From: a virus
Virus record (IMG/VR): IMGVR_UViG_3300042290_000327
Location: 32,001 to 96,000 of that record
DNA: 64,000 nucleotides
Reading direction: 5' to 3' (one strand)
Shown: piece by piece, positions 37,611 to 47,501 of the stretch
Numbering within the stretch: the first letter of the stretch is position 1
Layout: every line of letters starts with the position of its first letter
Made by a program: the position numbers and the translations under genes
Notes under the pieces: model-generated
Database searches by the model: none
Told to the model about the DNA's origin: nothing
The model's input: only the letters and a program-made list of their open reading frames with translations

Positions 37611-38044
37611 TGAAACCTCTATCCCCTACCCTGTTTGAGCTCTTTGACTACGATGATCAGAACGATCTCCGGCAGGAAGGCTTGACGGGTGCGGTTTTGG
37701 ATTACACCCAGCACCCGTACATCATCTTCGGGACCTTCATTCGGTCGGTTGAAAACTTCTATATCATCTGCCAGACATACCGCAATACATACGGGGAGAA
37801 ATTTGATAAAATTGAGGAGCGCTTAAAGCACCAGTACTTTAATAGAGTGTACGGGTTCCTAGAAAGGTTCGATGAGACGCAATTGGAACACATAATTGAG
37901 GCCCGGCAGTTCACCGACTCAGAGATACTCTATGCAGTCAAGTCCGTGCTAGATTTTTATGAGTCTATAGAAGATTACAGAAAATGTGATAGGCTATGGA
38001 AAATACTTCTGCTAACGGTAGGAGAAAAAGTTGGTAGAACCTAA
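37610..38044 (+). CDS. Hypothetical protein with UVR-like C-terminal motif
   Basis: VLDFYESIEDYRKC..L. Confidence 0.55.
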   Translation: MKPLSPTLFELFDYDDQNDLRQEGLTGAVLDYTQHPYIIFGTFIRSVENFYIICQTYRNTYGEKFDKIEERLKHQYFNRVYGFLERFDETQLEHIIEARQFTDSEILYAVKSVLDFYESIEDYRKCDRLWKILLLTVGEKVGRT

Positions 38045-38084
38045 ATACTTTCTTATCTTTAAGTATCAATAAAAAATAAAGGTT

Positions 38085-38276
38085 ATGTTTGGTATTATTA
38101 TTTTATACTTGTTAATAGGAGTTACGTTTAACTACCTGTGGGATGTTACTATCTCATATACCGGTTCGGAAGAGAATCGCTTCACTGTCAAAGAACGGCT
38201 TATTGTGTCTATGATCTGGCCTGTGGCTTTAGGGTTTGGTCTAGCAACGTTTATAGCCGCTCTCTTTAAAAAATAA
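38085..38276 (+). CDS. Small two-TM membrane protein
   Basis: YLLIG...IWP pattern; early promoter at 38030. Confidence 0.65.
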   Translation: MFGIIILYLLIGVTFNYLWDVTISYTGSEENRFTVKERLIVSMIWPVALGFGLATFIAALFKK

Positions 38277-38279
38277 GTT

Positions 38280-38909
38280 ATGTCTTTAAAGAAGTTATCC
38301 TTTGACGAGGCTTTGGAGTTAGAATCCGAATCTCTTATTACTATCTACGATTTTCATCCTGATGCTACTGAGCTCCAGTACCACGCTCGGGCCAAGGAAT
38401 GGTTCCAGAATTACTCTGATGTCCGGTTTAAATTCCGTCAGCATTCACCGTCCGAAGTCTCTAATATGTTAAACTGTGATTACCGCATTGATGTCCCGTT
38501 ACCTTTTGAGCCTGAGACTAACACCCACGCCTGGAAATTCCTTTATGCCAAGTTAACTGAAGACCTTGTCAAGTTCAAGCAGTATCATTCTAAGGGCAGC
38601 TTTGTCTATGTTTTAACCAATCCCGCCTATCCGGACTATGTCAAGATCGGTAAGGCTGTTAATCCTTTACGGAGAGTGGAGCAGATCAACGGACCCGGTG
38701 TTGTTTCGGAATGGTCACTTCGGTACTCATTACCGGTAGAGAATGACTATATGATAGAGCATTCCGTTCATGAGTATCTTGTCAATCACCGGCAGTCCAC
38801 CGACCAGGGTTCCTCAAGAGAGTTTTTTAACGTAACCCTAGACCGTGCCATCGAAGTAATTGAGATGATGGGGGAAAGAACCAAGACCGGTGCCGGGATA
38901 TACTATTAG
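38280..38909 (+). CDS. T5orf172/GIY-YIG domain protein
   Basis: FVYVLTNPA...VKIG...RRV.Q...IE..VH...REFF. Confidence 0.8.
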   Translation: MSLKKLSFDEALELESESLITIYDFHPDATELQYHARAKEWFQNYSDVRFKFRQHSPSEVSNMLNCDYRIDVPLPFEPETNTHAWKFLYAKLTEDLVKFKQYHSKGSFVYVLTNPAYPDYVKIGKAVNPLRRVEQINGPGVVSEWSLRYSLPVENDYMIEHSVHEYLVNHRQSTDQGSSREFFNVTLDRAIEVIEMMGERTKTGAGIYY

Positions 38910-39117
38910 TAGGGATTTGCGGGTCGACTTGGTGCGCGGCGCGGCGCGTGTTAAAACCTTTTTTCTAAACCAGTTGTTTCGCATTGATCTAGTTCGTATA
39001 TTAAAAACGAAGGGGAAGAGAAAAAGGGAGAAGGGAAATATACTTAATATATTATAATATACTAGATATAGATAATATAAATTAATAATATATTTTAATA
39101 ATAATTAGTAAGCAGAT

Positions 39118-39300
39118 ATGAAAAATAAAACTATATACCAAGACAAGATAAGTCGACTTGAATCTCAAATTAGGAAGATCGAGCACAACGTTGCAACACT
39201 TAATCGTGATGCAGCTTACGTAGAACTTGATAAAGCAAGAGAGATTCTTAGAGATATGCAAAGTATGGTTAACCGAGAAGAAGAATATTTTAAATCCTAA
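39118..39300 (+). CDS. Small coiled-coil protein
   Basis: 60-aa ORF behind the promoter at 38973 and an AT-rich leader. Confidence 0.55.
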   Translation: MKNKTIYQDKISRLESQIRKIEHNVATLNRDAAYVELDKAREILRDMQSMVNREEEYFKS

Positions 39301-39302
39301 CT

Positions 39303-40040
39303 ATGATACTTACACCCGAACAGGTAGAAGCTAATTGGACCCGTCATCTTCAATATATTGAGGACTATATCACCGGAGACCGTAAGGAAAAACTTAAAAG
39401 TACCTATCAAGCACTAGCAGACCACATGGTCCTTGCTCCTGCCTCCTCTAAAACATGGTATCACAACGCTTTCCCCGGTGGATACATCGAGCATGTCAAT
39501 AGAGTTGTTGAATTATCGCTAAGGACTATGAAGTTCTGGGGTGTTTCCGGTGCAGAAATCGATTTTACCGAAGAAGAACTTGTTTTTGCTGCTCTAAACC
39601 ACGATTTAGGTAAGATCGGTGACGGAGAACAGGATGGTTACCTACCTCAAACCGATAATTGGAGGAGAGATAAGCTAAAAGAGGAGTATTCTATCAATAC
39701 TTCCCTAGATTTTATGCTTATTCAAGACCGATCCCTATATCTCCTCCAGAAATACGGTATTTCCATGTCTCAGAAAGAGTATTTAGGTATCAGACTACAT
39801 GATGGCATCTTCGATGATGCAAATAAAGCGTATTTCTTCAATCATAACCCGGATTCTAGGTTCAAAACCAACATAGTCTTCGTTCTACACCAGGCCGATT
39901 TCATGGCTTCTAAGATAGAATACGATAGATGGTTGAAAACAGGGGGTAAAACAGCTCCTAACAACGAAAAACTTAAGACTTCTACAGGAAAAACTGTTAA
40001 ATCTTCAGAAGGCCTCAGTAATTTACTTAAAAATATATAA
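39303..40040 (+). CDS. HD-domain phosphohydrolase (YhaM-like HD domain)
   Basis: APAS...H.AFPGG..EH, HDLGKIG, HDG, LHQAD. Confidence 0.85.
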   Translation: MILTPEQVEANWTRHLQYIEDYITGDRKEKLKSTYQALADHMVLAPASSKTWYHNAFPGGYIEHVNRVVELSLRTMKFWGVSGAEIDFTEEELVFAALNHDLGKIGDGEQDGYLPQTDNWRRDKLKEEYSINTSLDFMLIQDRSLYLLQKYGISMSQKEYLGIRLHDGIFDDANKAYFFNHNPDSRFKTNIVFVLHQADFMASKIEYDRWLKTGGKTAPNNEKLKTSTGKTVKSSEGLSNLLKNI

Positions 40041-40043
40041 AAA

Positions 40044-40313
40044 ATGTTGGTTTTAATCATTTTATTAGCTATATTAGTGGGAGTCCTCGGGTTCTCTACA
40101 TGGAATCTCCTTAAAAAACTAGAGAAACTAGAGGATACCGTTCAAAATCAACAGAAATACGTTGAGGATATCTCCAATGTTCTCGAGGATTCAAGCAAAA
40201 GGTTACGTGAAATCGACAGTAAGGGGAGCTTTAGCTCCGATGACGAGGTGGGTTTCTTCTTTGAAAACTTAAAACAAATACAGAGTGTCCTCGATGCCTA
40301 CATCCTTAAGTAA
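40044..40313 (+). CDS. Single-TM coiled-coil protein
   Basis: N-terminal TM helix; ID.KG.F.SDDEVGFFF. Confidence 0.6.
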   Translation: MLVLIILLAILVGVLGFSTWNLLKKLEKLEDTVQNQQKYVEDISNVLEDSSKRLREIDSKGSFSSDDEVGFFFENLKQIQSVLDAYILK

Positions 40314-40316
40314 TAC

Positions 40317-41018
40317 ATGGGCAGAAAGAAAAGTGATACTAACTATTTCACGCAAGACACCGAAGACGCAATTGTAGCGTACAATAACTCGAAAGATGTA
40401 ACCTTTCGTCAGAAGATTTTCACGGATAAAATCTATTATCCGTTCTACAAACTAGTAGAAAACATTATTCACACCTTTAGATTCTACTACACCGATGTGG
40501 AAGACCTAGAGGACTTAAAGCACGAGGTTATCTCCCTACTTATTGAGGAGAAGATACATATGTTTGATTCAACCCGTGGTGCGAAAGCATACTCTTACTT
40601 CGGGACTATCGTCAAAAGGCATCTTATTAACTATAACAATAAGAATTATAAGCGTTTAAAGTCTCTAGCACCGGTTGAAGACTTTAACGGCACCTATGAC
40701 TTAGATACAGCCGATGTAAGACCTTACGCATTTACACTCAGGCAGATCTTTGACATATATATCGAGAGGACTTATGATAAGTTAGATGACCTTTTTCCTA
40801 AAGAGTCCGACCGCAAGGTCGCTGATGCGATACTCATTCTCTTTAAGAAGCGTTATGATTTAGATATCTTCAAGAAGAAGGCTTTATATATTTATATCCG
40901 AGAGATGACAGGTACCGAGACTCCGTACCTCACCAAAGTCATCAACGTACTCAAGACAGAATTCTACCAACTATACAACGGACTAGAAGAACAAGGATTA
41001 ATTGATCTAAAAAACTAA
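40317..41018 (+). CDS. Phage sigma factor for late transcription (T4 gp55-like)
   Basis: NYFT...AI..YN, FD..RG.KAYSYFGTI.KR, resembling sigma region 2 of gp55. Confidence 0.65.
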   Translation: MGRKKSDTNYFTQDTEDAIVAYNNSKDVTFRQKIFTDKIYYPFYKLVENIIHTFRFYYTDVEDLEDLKHEVISLLIEEKIHMFDSTRGAKAYSYFGTIVKRHLINYNNKNYKRLKSLAPVEDFNGTYDLDTADVRPYAFTLRQIFDIYIERTYDKLDDLFPKESDRKVADAILILFKKRYDLDIFKKKALYIYIREMTGTETPYLTKVINVLKTEFYQLYNGLEEQGLIDLKN

Positions 41019-41042
41019 CCTTTCTATTTATAAAGAAAAGGC

Positions 41043-41381
41043 ATGGCACTAGACAAGACTTTGTTTAAGGATAAGACTTTCTCCGACGTCTTAGAAGAGA
41101 TATATAATAACTCAAAAAAGAAGGATAAGCAGATCACCGCTCTAATTGGAGAGCTTAAGCCGCTGGTTGAAAATATCGGTGACGCTACCCTAGTAGTCCC
41201 TATGATCGCTAACTACCTAGAGATAGGAGTTAAGAACGATGAAATGCTAGTAAAGATGCTCACCATAGTCCAGAGGATGGACAACGCTAAATCATCAGGC
41301 GATACTGCAGGGTTTGAGTTAGGTGCTGAAGAACTTGCACAGATTCTAGACCAGGCCAATGCCCTGGCACAGGAGAAGTAA
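41043..41381 (+). CDS. Hypothetical helical protein
   Basis: Late motif at 41024; P.I..YLEIGVKNDE.L.K. Confidence 0.6.
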   Translation: MALDKTLFKDKTFSDVLEEIYNNSKKKDKQITALIGELKPLVENIGDATLVVPMIANYLEIGVKNDEMLVKMLTIVQRMDNAKSSGDTAGFELGAEELAQILDQANALAQEK

Positions 41382-42490
41382 TGGTTGATACTAGAAATAG
41401 CTTAGGCTTATTCGTTAGGTCAGCAAACCCAGCAGTAGCTAGAGGATCTAAACAAGCTTTCCAAGCCGGGAGAGTTGTAAAAGTTAACCTCGATCCAAAC
41501 TTTCCCGATTTAGTAGGAAGCGTACATTATAAGATTCTCGGAAAAGTAACTGACAATCTACCCGCCGAGCAGTACCCCATCGCTTTTCCTCTCCAGTCTC
41601 ATATCAGACACCTGCCGCTAGTTAACGAAATCGTACTTTTAGTTTCAGCAGCATCAAAAAATCTAGATAGTTTAGCTATTAGTAAAACGGTCTACTACTT
41701 AGATGTAGTAAATATATGGAACTCTCCTCATTTTACTGGCTTCCCCGAAGACACATCTTCCGACCCCAAGCTCGGGGAGTACTTTGAGGAAAAAGTAGAT
41801 ATAAATCCAATGCTACCATACGAAGGAGATGTCATACTAGAAGGTAGAAACGGGCAATCACTTAGACTCTCTCAGACAGTACCTAATCTCACGCCCTGGG
41901 GAGGTACAGTGAAAGGAGACCCTATAACCATTCTGAGTAACGGACAGGTAGCAACTACAAACGGGTTTGAGTTTATTACTGAAAATATAAACGAGGATTT
42001 TAGTTCAATATATTTAACTTCAACTCAAACAATCCCCTTAGTAGAGAGCAGCGTTAACAGAAAATCATACTCTCAAAAACCAACTGAGACTAAAGCCTAC
42101 AAAGGTAACCAGGTACTGCTTAGTAGCGGTAGAATTTACCTAAACGCCTCTACTGACCACATACTACTATCCTCCCCTCTATCAATAGGACTATCAGGAG
42201 ATACGATTAACATCGATTCCACTAGCACCACTATTATTGAGGCAAATAAAATTGAGCTAGGGAAAAACGCTCAAGAACCTGTACTCCTCGGGAGTAGAAC
42301 TACCGCACTACTTGAAGATCTACTCAATCAACTCTTATCTTTATCAATTGATTTGCAAGCTGCAATCTCTCTACCAACCGGAGGGCCGATAGTTCAGCTA
42401 CAGAAAGCAGGAGTTGATATGGCAAGTAAAGTAAGCACGCTGAAAGGGCAGCTTGAAGGTTTAAAGTCGAAAAAAACCTTTACAAAGTAA
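41381..42490 (+). CDS. Baseplate hub/spike protein (gp5/Vgr-like)
   Basis: OB-fold-like PL.NE.V, EGD...EGR.GQSLR, beta-helix repeats, IELG...EP..LG. Confidence 0.6.
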   Translation: MVDTRNSLGLFVRSANPAVARGSKQAFQAGRVVKVNLDPNFPDLVGSVHYKILGKVTDNLPAEQYPIAFPLQSHIRHLPLVNEIVLLVSAASKNLDSLAISKTVYYLDVVNIWNSPHFTGFPEDTSSDPKLGEYFEEKVDINPMLPYEGDVILEGRNGQSLRLSQTVPNLTPWGGTVKGDPITILSNGQVATTNGFEFITENINEDFSSIYLTSTQTIPLVESSVNRKSYSQKPTETKAYKGNQVLLSSGRIYLNASTDHILLSSPLSIGLSGDTINIDSTSTTIIEANKIELGKNAQEPVLLGSRTTALLEDLLNQLLSLSIDLQAAISLPTGGPIVQLQKAGVDMASKVSTLKGQLEGLKSKKTFTK

Positions 42491-43254
42491 TGGCACTACA
42501 GGGTTTATTTGGAGTACTTCTAAGCCAGCGTGCTAAGCTAGAGCAGACCGTCATCTCACAGCTCAGTGTTTTATTAGAGCCCTATCAAGAGTTTTTAGAT
42601 TCTACAAAGGACCCTGAAAGCCTTAGACAATTCTGTCCCACACCAGAACAGCTCCTGATACTGATAGCAACCAAAGATAACATAGAGAGCTCAGTAATAG
42701 CATTACAGCGGAGAGTCACTTCCCTACAGACCATCTTACAGCGAGTGCAGGTAGTTTTGATAGCTATACCTCCGATTATCACTATTATAAAAGCCCTACC
42801 CACTCCTAATCAGTTTACTACTACAGGCTTTGTTCTCACCCTTGGTGATAGACTGGAGAAGGTAAAAGAGCTCTCGCAAAAATACCGTGGAGAGGTTGCT
42901 GCAGGAACCTTCGTACTATCTACGATTAACAGCACCTTTGCTACGATTCTAGGACTATTGCAGAGCTTAGATAGAATAATCGAGATTTGTGCCCCCAACC
43001 TTGTTAGTGAAAATGAAGAAATTAGAGCACTCTCTCAATCCCTTAATCAATCCATCACCCAGTTTAACAATTCCTACAAAGAGTATAAAATAGAGATAAG
43101 GATAGTGGATAGGCAAGCCGTAGCTCCGCAGCGCTACGCAGTAGCTATCGACCGGTTAGGGGTAGTGGTGCTAGAGGGTAGACCGTCCTTTAGCTCATCA
43201 ACACAAGTACTTGTAGATGAAATTAAGTTTAGAATTGATCAACTAATTATCTAA
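42490..43254 (+). CDS. Hypothetical structural-region protein
   Basis: Helical ORF ending SFSSS.QVL.DE.KF.ID. Confidence 0.55.
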   Translation: MALQGLFGVLLSQRAKLEQTVISQLSVLLEPYQEFLDSTKDPESLRQFCPTPEQLLILIATKDNIESSVIALQRRVTSLQTILQRVQVVLIAIPPIITIIKALPTPNQFTTTGFVLTLGDRLEKVKELSQKYRGEVAAGTFVLSTINSTFATILGLLQSLDRIIEICAPNLVSENEEIRALSQSLNQSITQFNNSYKEYKIEIRIVDRQAVAPQRYAVAIDRLGVVVLEGRPSFSSSTQVLVDEIKFRIDQLII

Positions 43255-43268
43255 ATCTATTTATAATT

Positions 43269-43742
43269 ATGAAAGCCAGTGAATTTAAAGAAATAATTAA
43301 AGAGGCAGTAAGAGAAGCTATTCAAGAGGAGTTAAAAACCATCCTCTCTGAAGCAGTGCATACCCCTAAGTCCTCAGTCTCTAGTCCTGCTTTTGAGAGC
43401 GTTTACCAAGCACCCAAGCAGCAACCCTTGCAGTTTACAAGCGGTAATCCGCTTATGGAAGCACTTAATATGACAAGCAGAGCCATGACTTCTGAAGACT
43501 ACCAGAGCGGTAATACTCAGTCACCGAGCACCGTTAGAGCTAATATGTCTGAGATGTTTGCAGGTAGTTCTTACTCCGCCAAACCGACTTACAAACCAGT
43601 CTCTGAAGACCCCAGGGCAGTAGCATCAGCAATCGCTGCAGCACCTAAAGTAGGATTAGATCTCTCTCAGTTGGGTTTTGTTAACAAAGCAGCCGCTATC
43701 GTAAAGCTAGCTGATAAGAAGAGCCAACCATATGGCTTTTAA
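43269..43742 (+). CDS. Hypothetical late protein
   Basis: Late motif at 43257; IIKEAVREAIQEE...LSEA. Confidence 0.6.
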   Translation: MKASEFKEIIKEAVREAIQEELKTILSEAVHTPKSSVSSPAFESVYQAPKQQPLQFTSGNPLMEALNMTSRAMTSEDYQSGNTQSPSTVRANMSEMFAGSSYSAKPTYKPVSEDPRAVASAIAAAPKVGLDLSQLGFVNKAAAIVKLADKKSQPYGF

Positions 43743-44142
43743 CGTACGTAGGATTAACCCACTCGATCTACAGCCTAGAAAAGCTGTAGGAGTAGCTCTC
43801 CCCTTCCAGGGCAGAGCTGTTTTTAACTCTACCTACACCACTAAAGATGCCACCAGGACAAATTTAATAAATTTCTTTTTAACAGGGCAGAATGAGAGAG
43901 TTTTTAATCCTAGATTTGGATCTGGAATTAGAAATTTACTTTTTGAAAACTTAACTCAAGAGAGTATTGATATTGCTACCGAGAATATTACGCAAGGCTT
44001 GCAGATATATTTCCCGCAGGTCGAGATAAGGAATTTGCAATTAGTTCCAATTTACGATGAAAACCTTGTAAACTTTGAGCTAAAATACGCTATTAGAGAG
44101 ACGGGAATAACTGACGAGCTTACAATAAATTTTGAACTATAA
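43732..44142 (+). CDS. Baseplate wedge protein, gp25/GPW-like
   Basis: NL.N..LT..NERVFNP.FG.G...LLFE. Confidence 0.85.
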   Translation: MAFNVRRINPLDLQPRKAVGVALPFQGRAVFNSTYTTKDATRTNLINFFLTGQNERVFNPRFGSGIRNLLFENLTQESIDIATENITQGLQIYFPQVEIRNLQLVPIYDENLVNFELKYAIRETGITDELTINFEL

Positions 44143-45971
44143 TGGCAGAGGAAAGAGACATAAAGTACATTAACAAGTCGTTTAGTAGCTTCAAACAAGA
44201 GCTAATAAACTACACTAAGAATTACTTCCCAGACACATACAACGATTTCTCACCAACTTCGCCCGGTACGATGTTTATAGAGATGGCTGCTTACGTAGGA
44301 GATGTACTAGCCTTCTACCAAGACACCCAGCTACAAGAAACCTACCTACAGTACGCCCAGGAAAGTAAGAACCTTTACGCACTCGCATATGCGATGGGAT
44401 ACCGTCCAAAAGTAAGCACAGCATCACAAGTGATTCTAGATGTTTACCAAACTGTACCTGCTAAGCTAGTAGGAGGCCAGCAAGTACCTAATTACGACCA
44501 AGCTCTAACAGTACTAGGCAACACACAACTTCAGTCAACTACAGGGTCTCCTGTAAAGTTTTTAATTGAGGATACAGTAAACTTCGGATTTTCAAGCTCC
44601 TACGATCCAACTGAAGTTAGTATCGACTCATCAACCGGCAATACGATTAATCTTTTTCTACTAAAAAAACAAGTAAAAGCTATCTCTGCAGAAGTAAAGA
44701 CCCTAACCCTGCCAGTAGGTGCGCCTGAGAAGTTTAAGACTGTAAATATAACTGATGATAATATCTTAGGTGTTTTAGACATCGTGGAGACCGGGAATAC
44801 CAGATGGTACGAAGTACCTTATCTAGGTCAAGATACTACATTTGTAGAGCAGACGAATCTAAGCTCCGACGCCAGCACCACACCCTACAGCTTGCAGGTA
44901 CAAAAAGTACCTCGAAGATTTGTTACCAGGTTTACGTCTACAGGCACTCTTCAGGTACAGTTCGGAGCAGGTACATCAGGACAGAGCGACTCCATAATAA
45001 CACCAGACCCTACTAATGTAGGCTTAGGAGATCAGATTATAGGTGTGTCAAAAATCGACACCGCCTATGATCCCTCCAACTTTATGTATACTGGAGCTTA
45101 CGGATTAGCACCCGCAAACACAACTCTTACCATCAGATATCTTACAGGCGGTGGTGTTGAAGCTAACGTACCTTCAGATACCATCACAACTATACTAGCC
45201 TCCTCAGTAACAGCAACTGTGACAGGTTCAGCAAATAGTCTCCTTTTTACAAATCCTAATCCTGCAGACGGTGGTAGGGATGGAGATACTTCTGAAGAAA
45301 TCAGGCAAAACTCACTTAGAAGTTTTAACGAACAGTTAAGAACAGTAACAAGAGATGATTATGCTATCCGCGCTCTTTCAATGCCTCCTAAATTTGGTAC
45401 AGTAGCTAAAACTTATGTAACACAAGATCAGCTAACGAGTAGTAATTCTACGACTGATAGCATAATTGACAGTAATCCTCTTTCCCTATCTCTTTACATC
45501 CTATCATACGATGGGAATAAAAAACTCGCTACATCTAGCGCTACTTTAAAGTCCAATTTAAAGACTTACTTAGGTCAGTATAAGATGATTACGGATGCAG
45601 TTAATATAAAAGATGCTTTTATAGTGAATATAGGAATTACTTACGAGATTATAGTATTACCTAATTTTGCAGGAAGAGATGTACTATTTAACTGCACCAA
45701 AGTTCTTAAAGATTTTTTTGCAATAGAAAAATGGAATATTAACCAAAGCATCAACCTATCTAGTCTCTTCCCGTTACTAGACAGAGTCAAAGGAGTCCAA
45801 ACAGTCCAGAGTATACAAGTCACTAACAAGGTTGGAGGTAGCTACTCTCAGTACGGATACGATATCAAAGGAGCAACCAGAAACAATACCGTTTATCCCT
45901 CCTACGATCCCTGCATCTTTGAAGTAAAATTCCCAGACACCGATATAATCGGACGAGTAACTTCATTATAG
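44142..45971 (+). CDS. Baseplate wedge protein, T4 gp6/baseplate J-like
   Basis: F...KQ.LI...YFP..Y.DF, EMAAYVGDVL.FY.D, FG.G, GG.D....EEIR, R.VT..DY. Confidence 0.85.
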   Translation: MAEERDIKYINKSFSSFKQELINYTKNYFPDTYNDFSPTSPGTMFIEMAAYVGDVLAFYQDTQLQETYLQYAQESKNLYALAYAMGYRPKVSTASQVILDVYQTVPAKLVGGQQVPNYDQALTVLGNTQLQSTTGSPVKFLIEDTVNFGFSSSYDPTEVSIDSSTGNTINLFLLKKQVKAISAEVKTLTLPVGAPEKFKTVNITDDNILGVLDIVETGNTRWYEVPYLGQDTTFVEQTNLSSDASTTPYSLQVQKVPRRFVTRFTSTGTLQVQFGAGTSGQSDSIITPDPTNVGLGDQIIGVSKIDTAYDPSNFMYTGAYGLAPANTTLTIRYLTGGGVEANVPSDTITTILASSVTATVTGSANSLLFTNPNPADGGRDGDTSEEIRQNSLRSFNEQLRTVTRDDYAIRALSMPPKFGTVAKTYVTQDQLTSSNSTTDSIIDSNPLSLSLYILSYDGNKKLATSSATLKSNLKTYLGQYKMITDAVNIKDAFIVNIGITYEIIVLPNFAGRDVLFNCTKVLKDFFAIEKWNINQSINLSSLFPLLDRVKGVQTVQSIQVTNKVGGSYSQYGYDIKGATRNNTVYPSYDPCIFEVKFPDTDIIGRVTSL

Positions 45972-45988
45972 GGTATTTATTATAAACT

Positions 45989-47155
45989 ATGGCAATCTAT
46001 AGAATTTTTCCCGACAAAACAGCAACTCTCTATTCAAGGTACCCGCTTTTCAATACCGGTCTTGATGAGATAATGGAAGTAGACTCCTACTTCGTAGGAG
46101 ATATCGGGTATGTAGCTAGAACTGTCATAGCATTTAATACCCAGGAGCAGAAAGATTTAATCAACAACGAGATATCTTCTTCTCTTGCAACTAAAGGACT
46201 TAATCTTCTTAATTTCTCTTCTTCATTAAGAGCATATTTAGCTGAAGGTAAAGAAGTTCCTATCGAGTATAAAGTAGAAGCTTATCCTCTGTTTGATAGC
46301 TGGGCTAGAGGAACCGGAAAGTTTGGCGATGTTCCTTATGCAACTGATGGAGTAACTTGGACCCTAACCAACCCCCCTACCAGCTGGACTAACCCTCCAG
46401 CAGCCAATACCACAGCTTCGTATTCCGGAAGCGGAGCTGTAGAGGGAGGACTATGGTACACCGGCTCCAACGGGATTAGCTTATATCATTCCCAAACCCA
46501 TACCGTCAACTCTACCCACGACCTAGATATAGACGTTACTAATTCAGTAAAGCTACACTACTCTCATTCAATAGGTCAGACCCAATACGGTCTACCAAAC
46601 AACGGTTTTATATTAAAGCTTACCGGAAGCTTAGAGTTTGGAACCGGGAGTTTAGTGTTTCAAACCAGTAGGAATATGTTCCTAAAGTACTTTTCCGCCA
46701 CCACCCATACCATCTACCCGCCCGCTTTAGAGTTTAAATGGGACGATACTGTTAGGAGTACCACCTTAACTCAAGTCACGGATGATAACCCCGTCATCAC
46801 TTTGAGCAATAATAAAGGCAACTACACTAACGAAGGTAAGCAAAGATTCAGACTAAGTGTAAGGCCGAAGTACCCCACTAGAACCTTTGCAACTAGCTCA
46901 AGCTACCTAACAAATTATGTTCTTCCCGCCACTTCGTACTGGGGCCTTAGAGATGAGAACACTGAAGAGATGGTAATAGATTTCGATACTACATTTACTA
47001 AAATTAGCGCTGATAATACCGGCAACTACTTTGATGTATATATGAGCGGCATTCAGCCTGAACGTCACTACAGGGTCCTTATTAAGACTGAGATCAGCGG
47101 TACTACTACTATAAATGATGGCTCAAATACTTTTAAAGTTGTAAGAAATGGCTGA
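45989..47155 (+). CDS. Virion structural protein
   Basis: Late motif at 45973; NTGLDEI.E, W..GTG.F, N.GFILK, THTIYPP.LE.KWDD. Confidence 0.55.
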   Translation: MAIYRIFPDKTATLYSRYPLFNTGLDEIMEVDSYFVGDIGYVARTVIAFNTQEQKDLINNEISSSLATKGLNLLNFSSSLRAYLAEGKEVPIEYKVEAYPLFDSWARGTGKFGDVPYATDGVTWTLTNPPTSWTNPPAANTTASYSGSGAVEGGLWYTGSNGISLYHSQTHTVNSTHDLDIDVTNSVKLHYSHSIGQTQYGLPNNGFILKLTGSLEFGTGSLVFQTSRNMFLKYFSATTHTIYPPALEFKWDDTVRSTTLTQVTDDNPVITLSNNKGNYTNEGKQRFRLSVRPKYPTRTFATSSSYLTNYVLPATSYWGLRDENTEEMVIDFDTTFTKISADNTGNYFDVYMSGIQPERHYRVLIKTEISGTTTINDGSNTFKVVRNG

Positions 47156-47501
47156 AGAAGTACGTCTAAGTAGGACTGTTTTAGATCGCAATAAATTTAA
47201 CGCAGTCGTTGACAGGTCTTTCAAAACCTTTGTAGAACCAGTTCCTGAACAGGATCCAGACACAGTACAAGAACTGTTTAGACTTTACGATAAGTTATTC
47301 TTTACTATTCCCATAAGGGGAGAAACCAACTCCCACGAACACCTAGTAAAGAGAAGCTCAGAAGTATACTCTTCTGAGGATAAGTCAGCTGAAATTCAAC
47401 CCTTACTAGACGAGATTGCACAACTCCGTCAGGAGCTTTTAGAAAGCAGTACTGAAATAGTAAAACTTAGTGCACAGGCAGTTCAACAATCAGAAGTCTA
47501 A
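47148..47501 (+). CDS. Hypothetical structural-region protein
   Basis: F.LY..LF..IP..GETNSHE.L. Confidence 0.55.
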   Translation: MAEEVRLSRTVLDRNKFNAVVDRSFKTFVEPVPEQDPDTVQELFRLYDKLFFTIPIRGETNSHEHLVKRSSEVYSSEDKSAEIQPLLDEIAQLRQELLESSTEIVKLSAQAVQQSEV

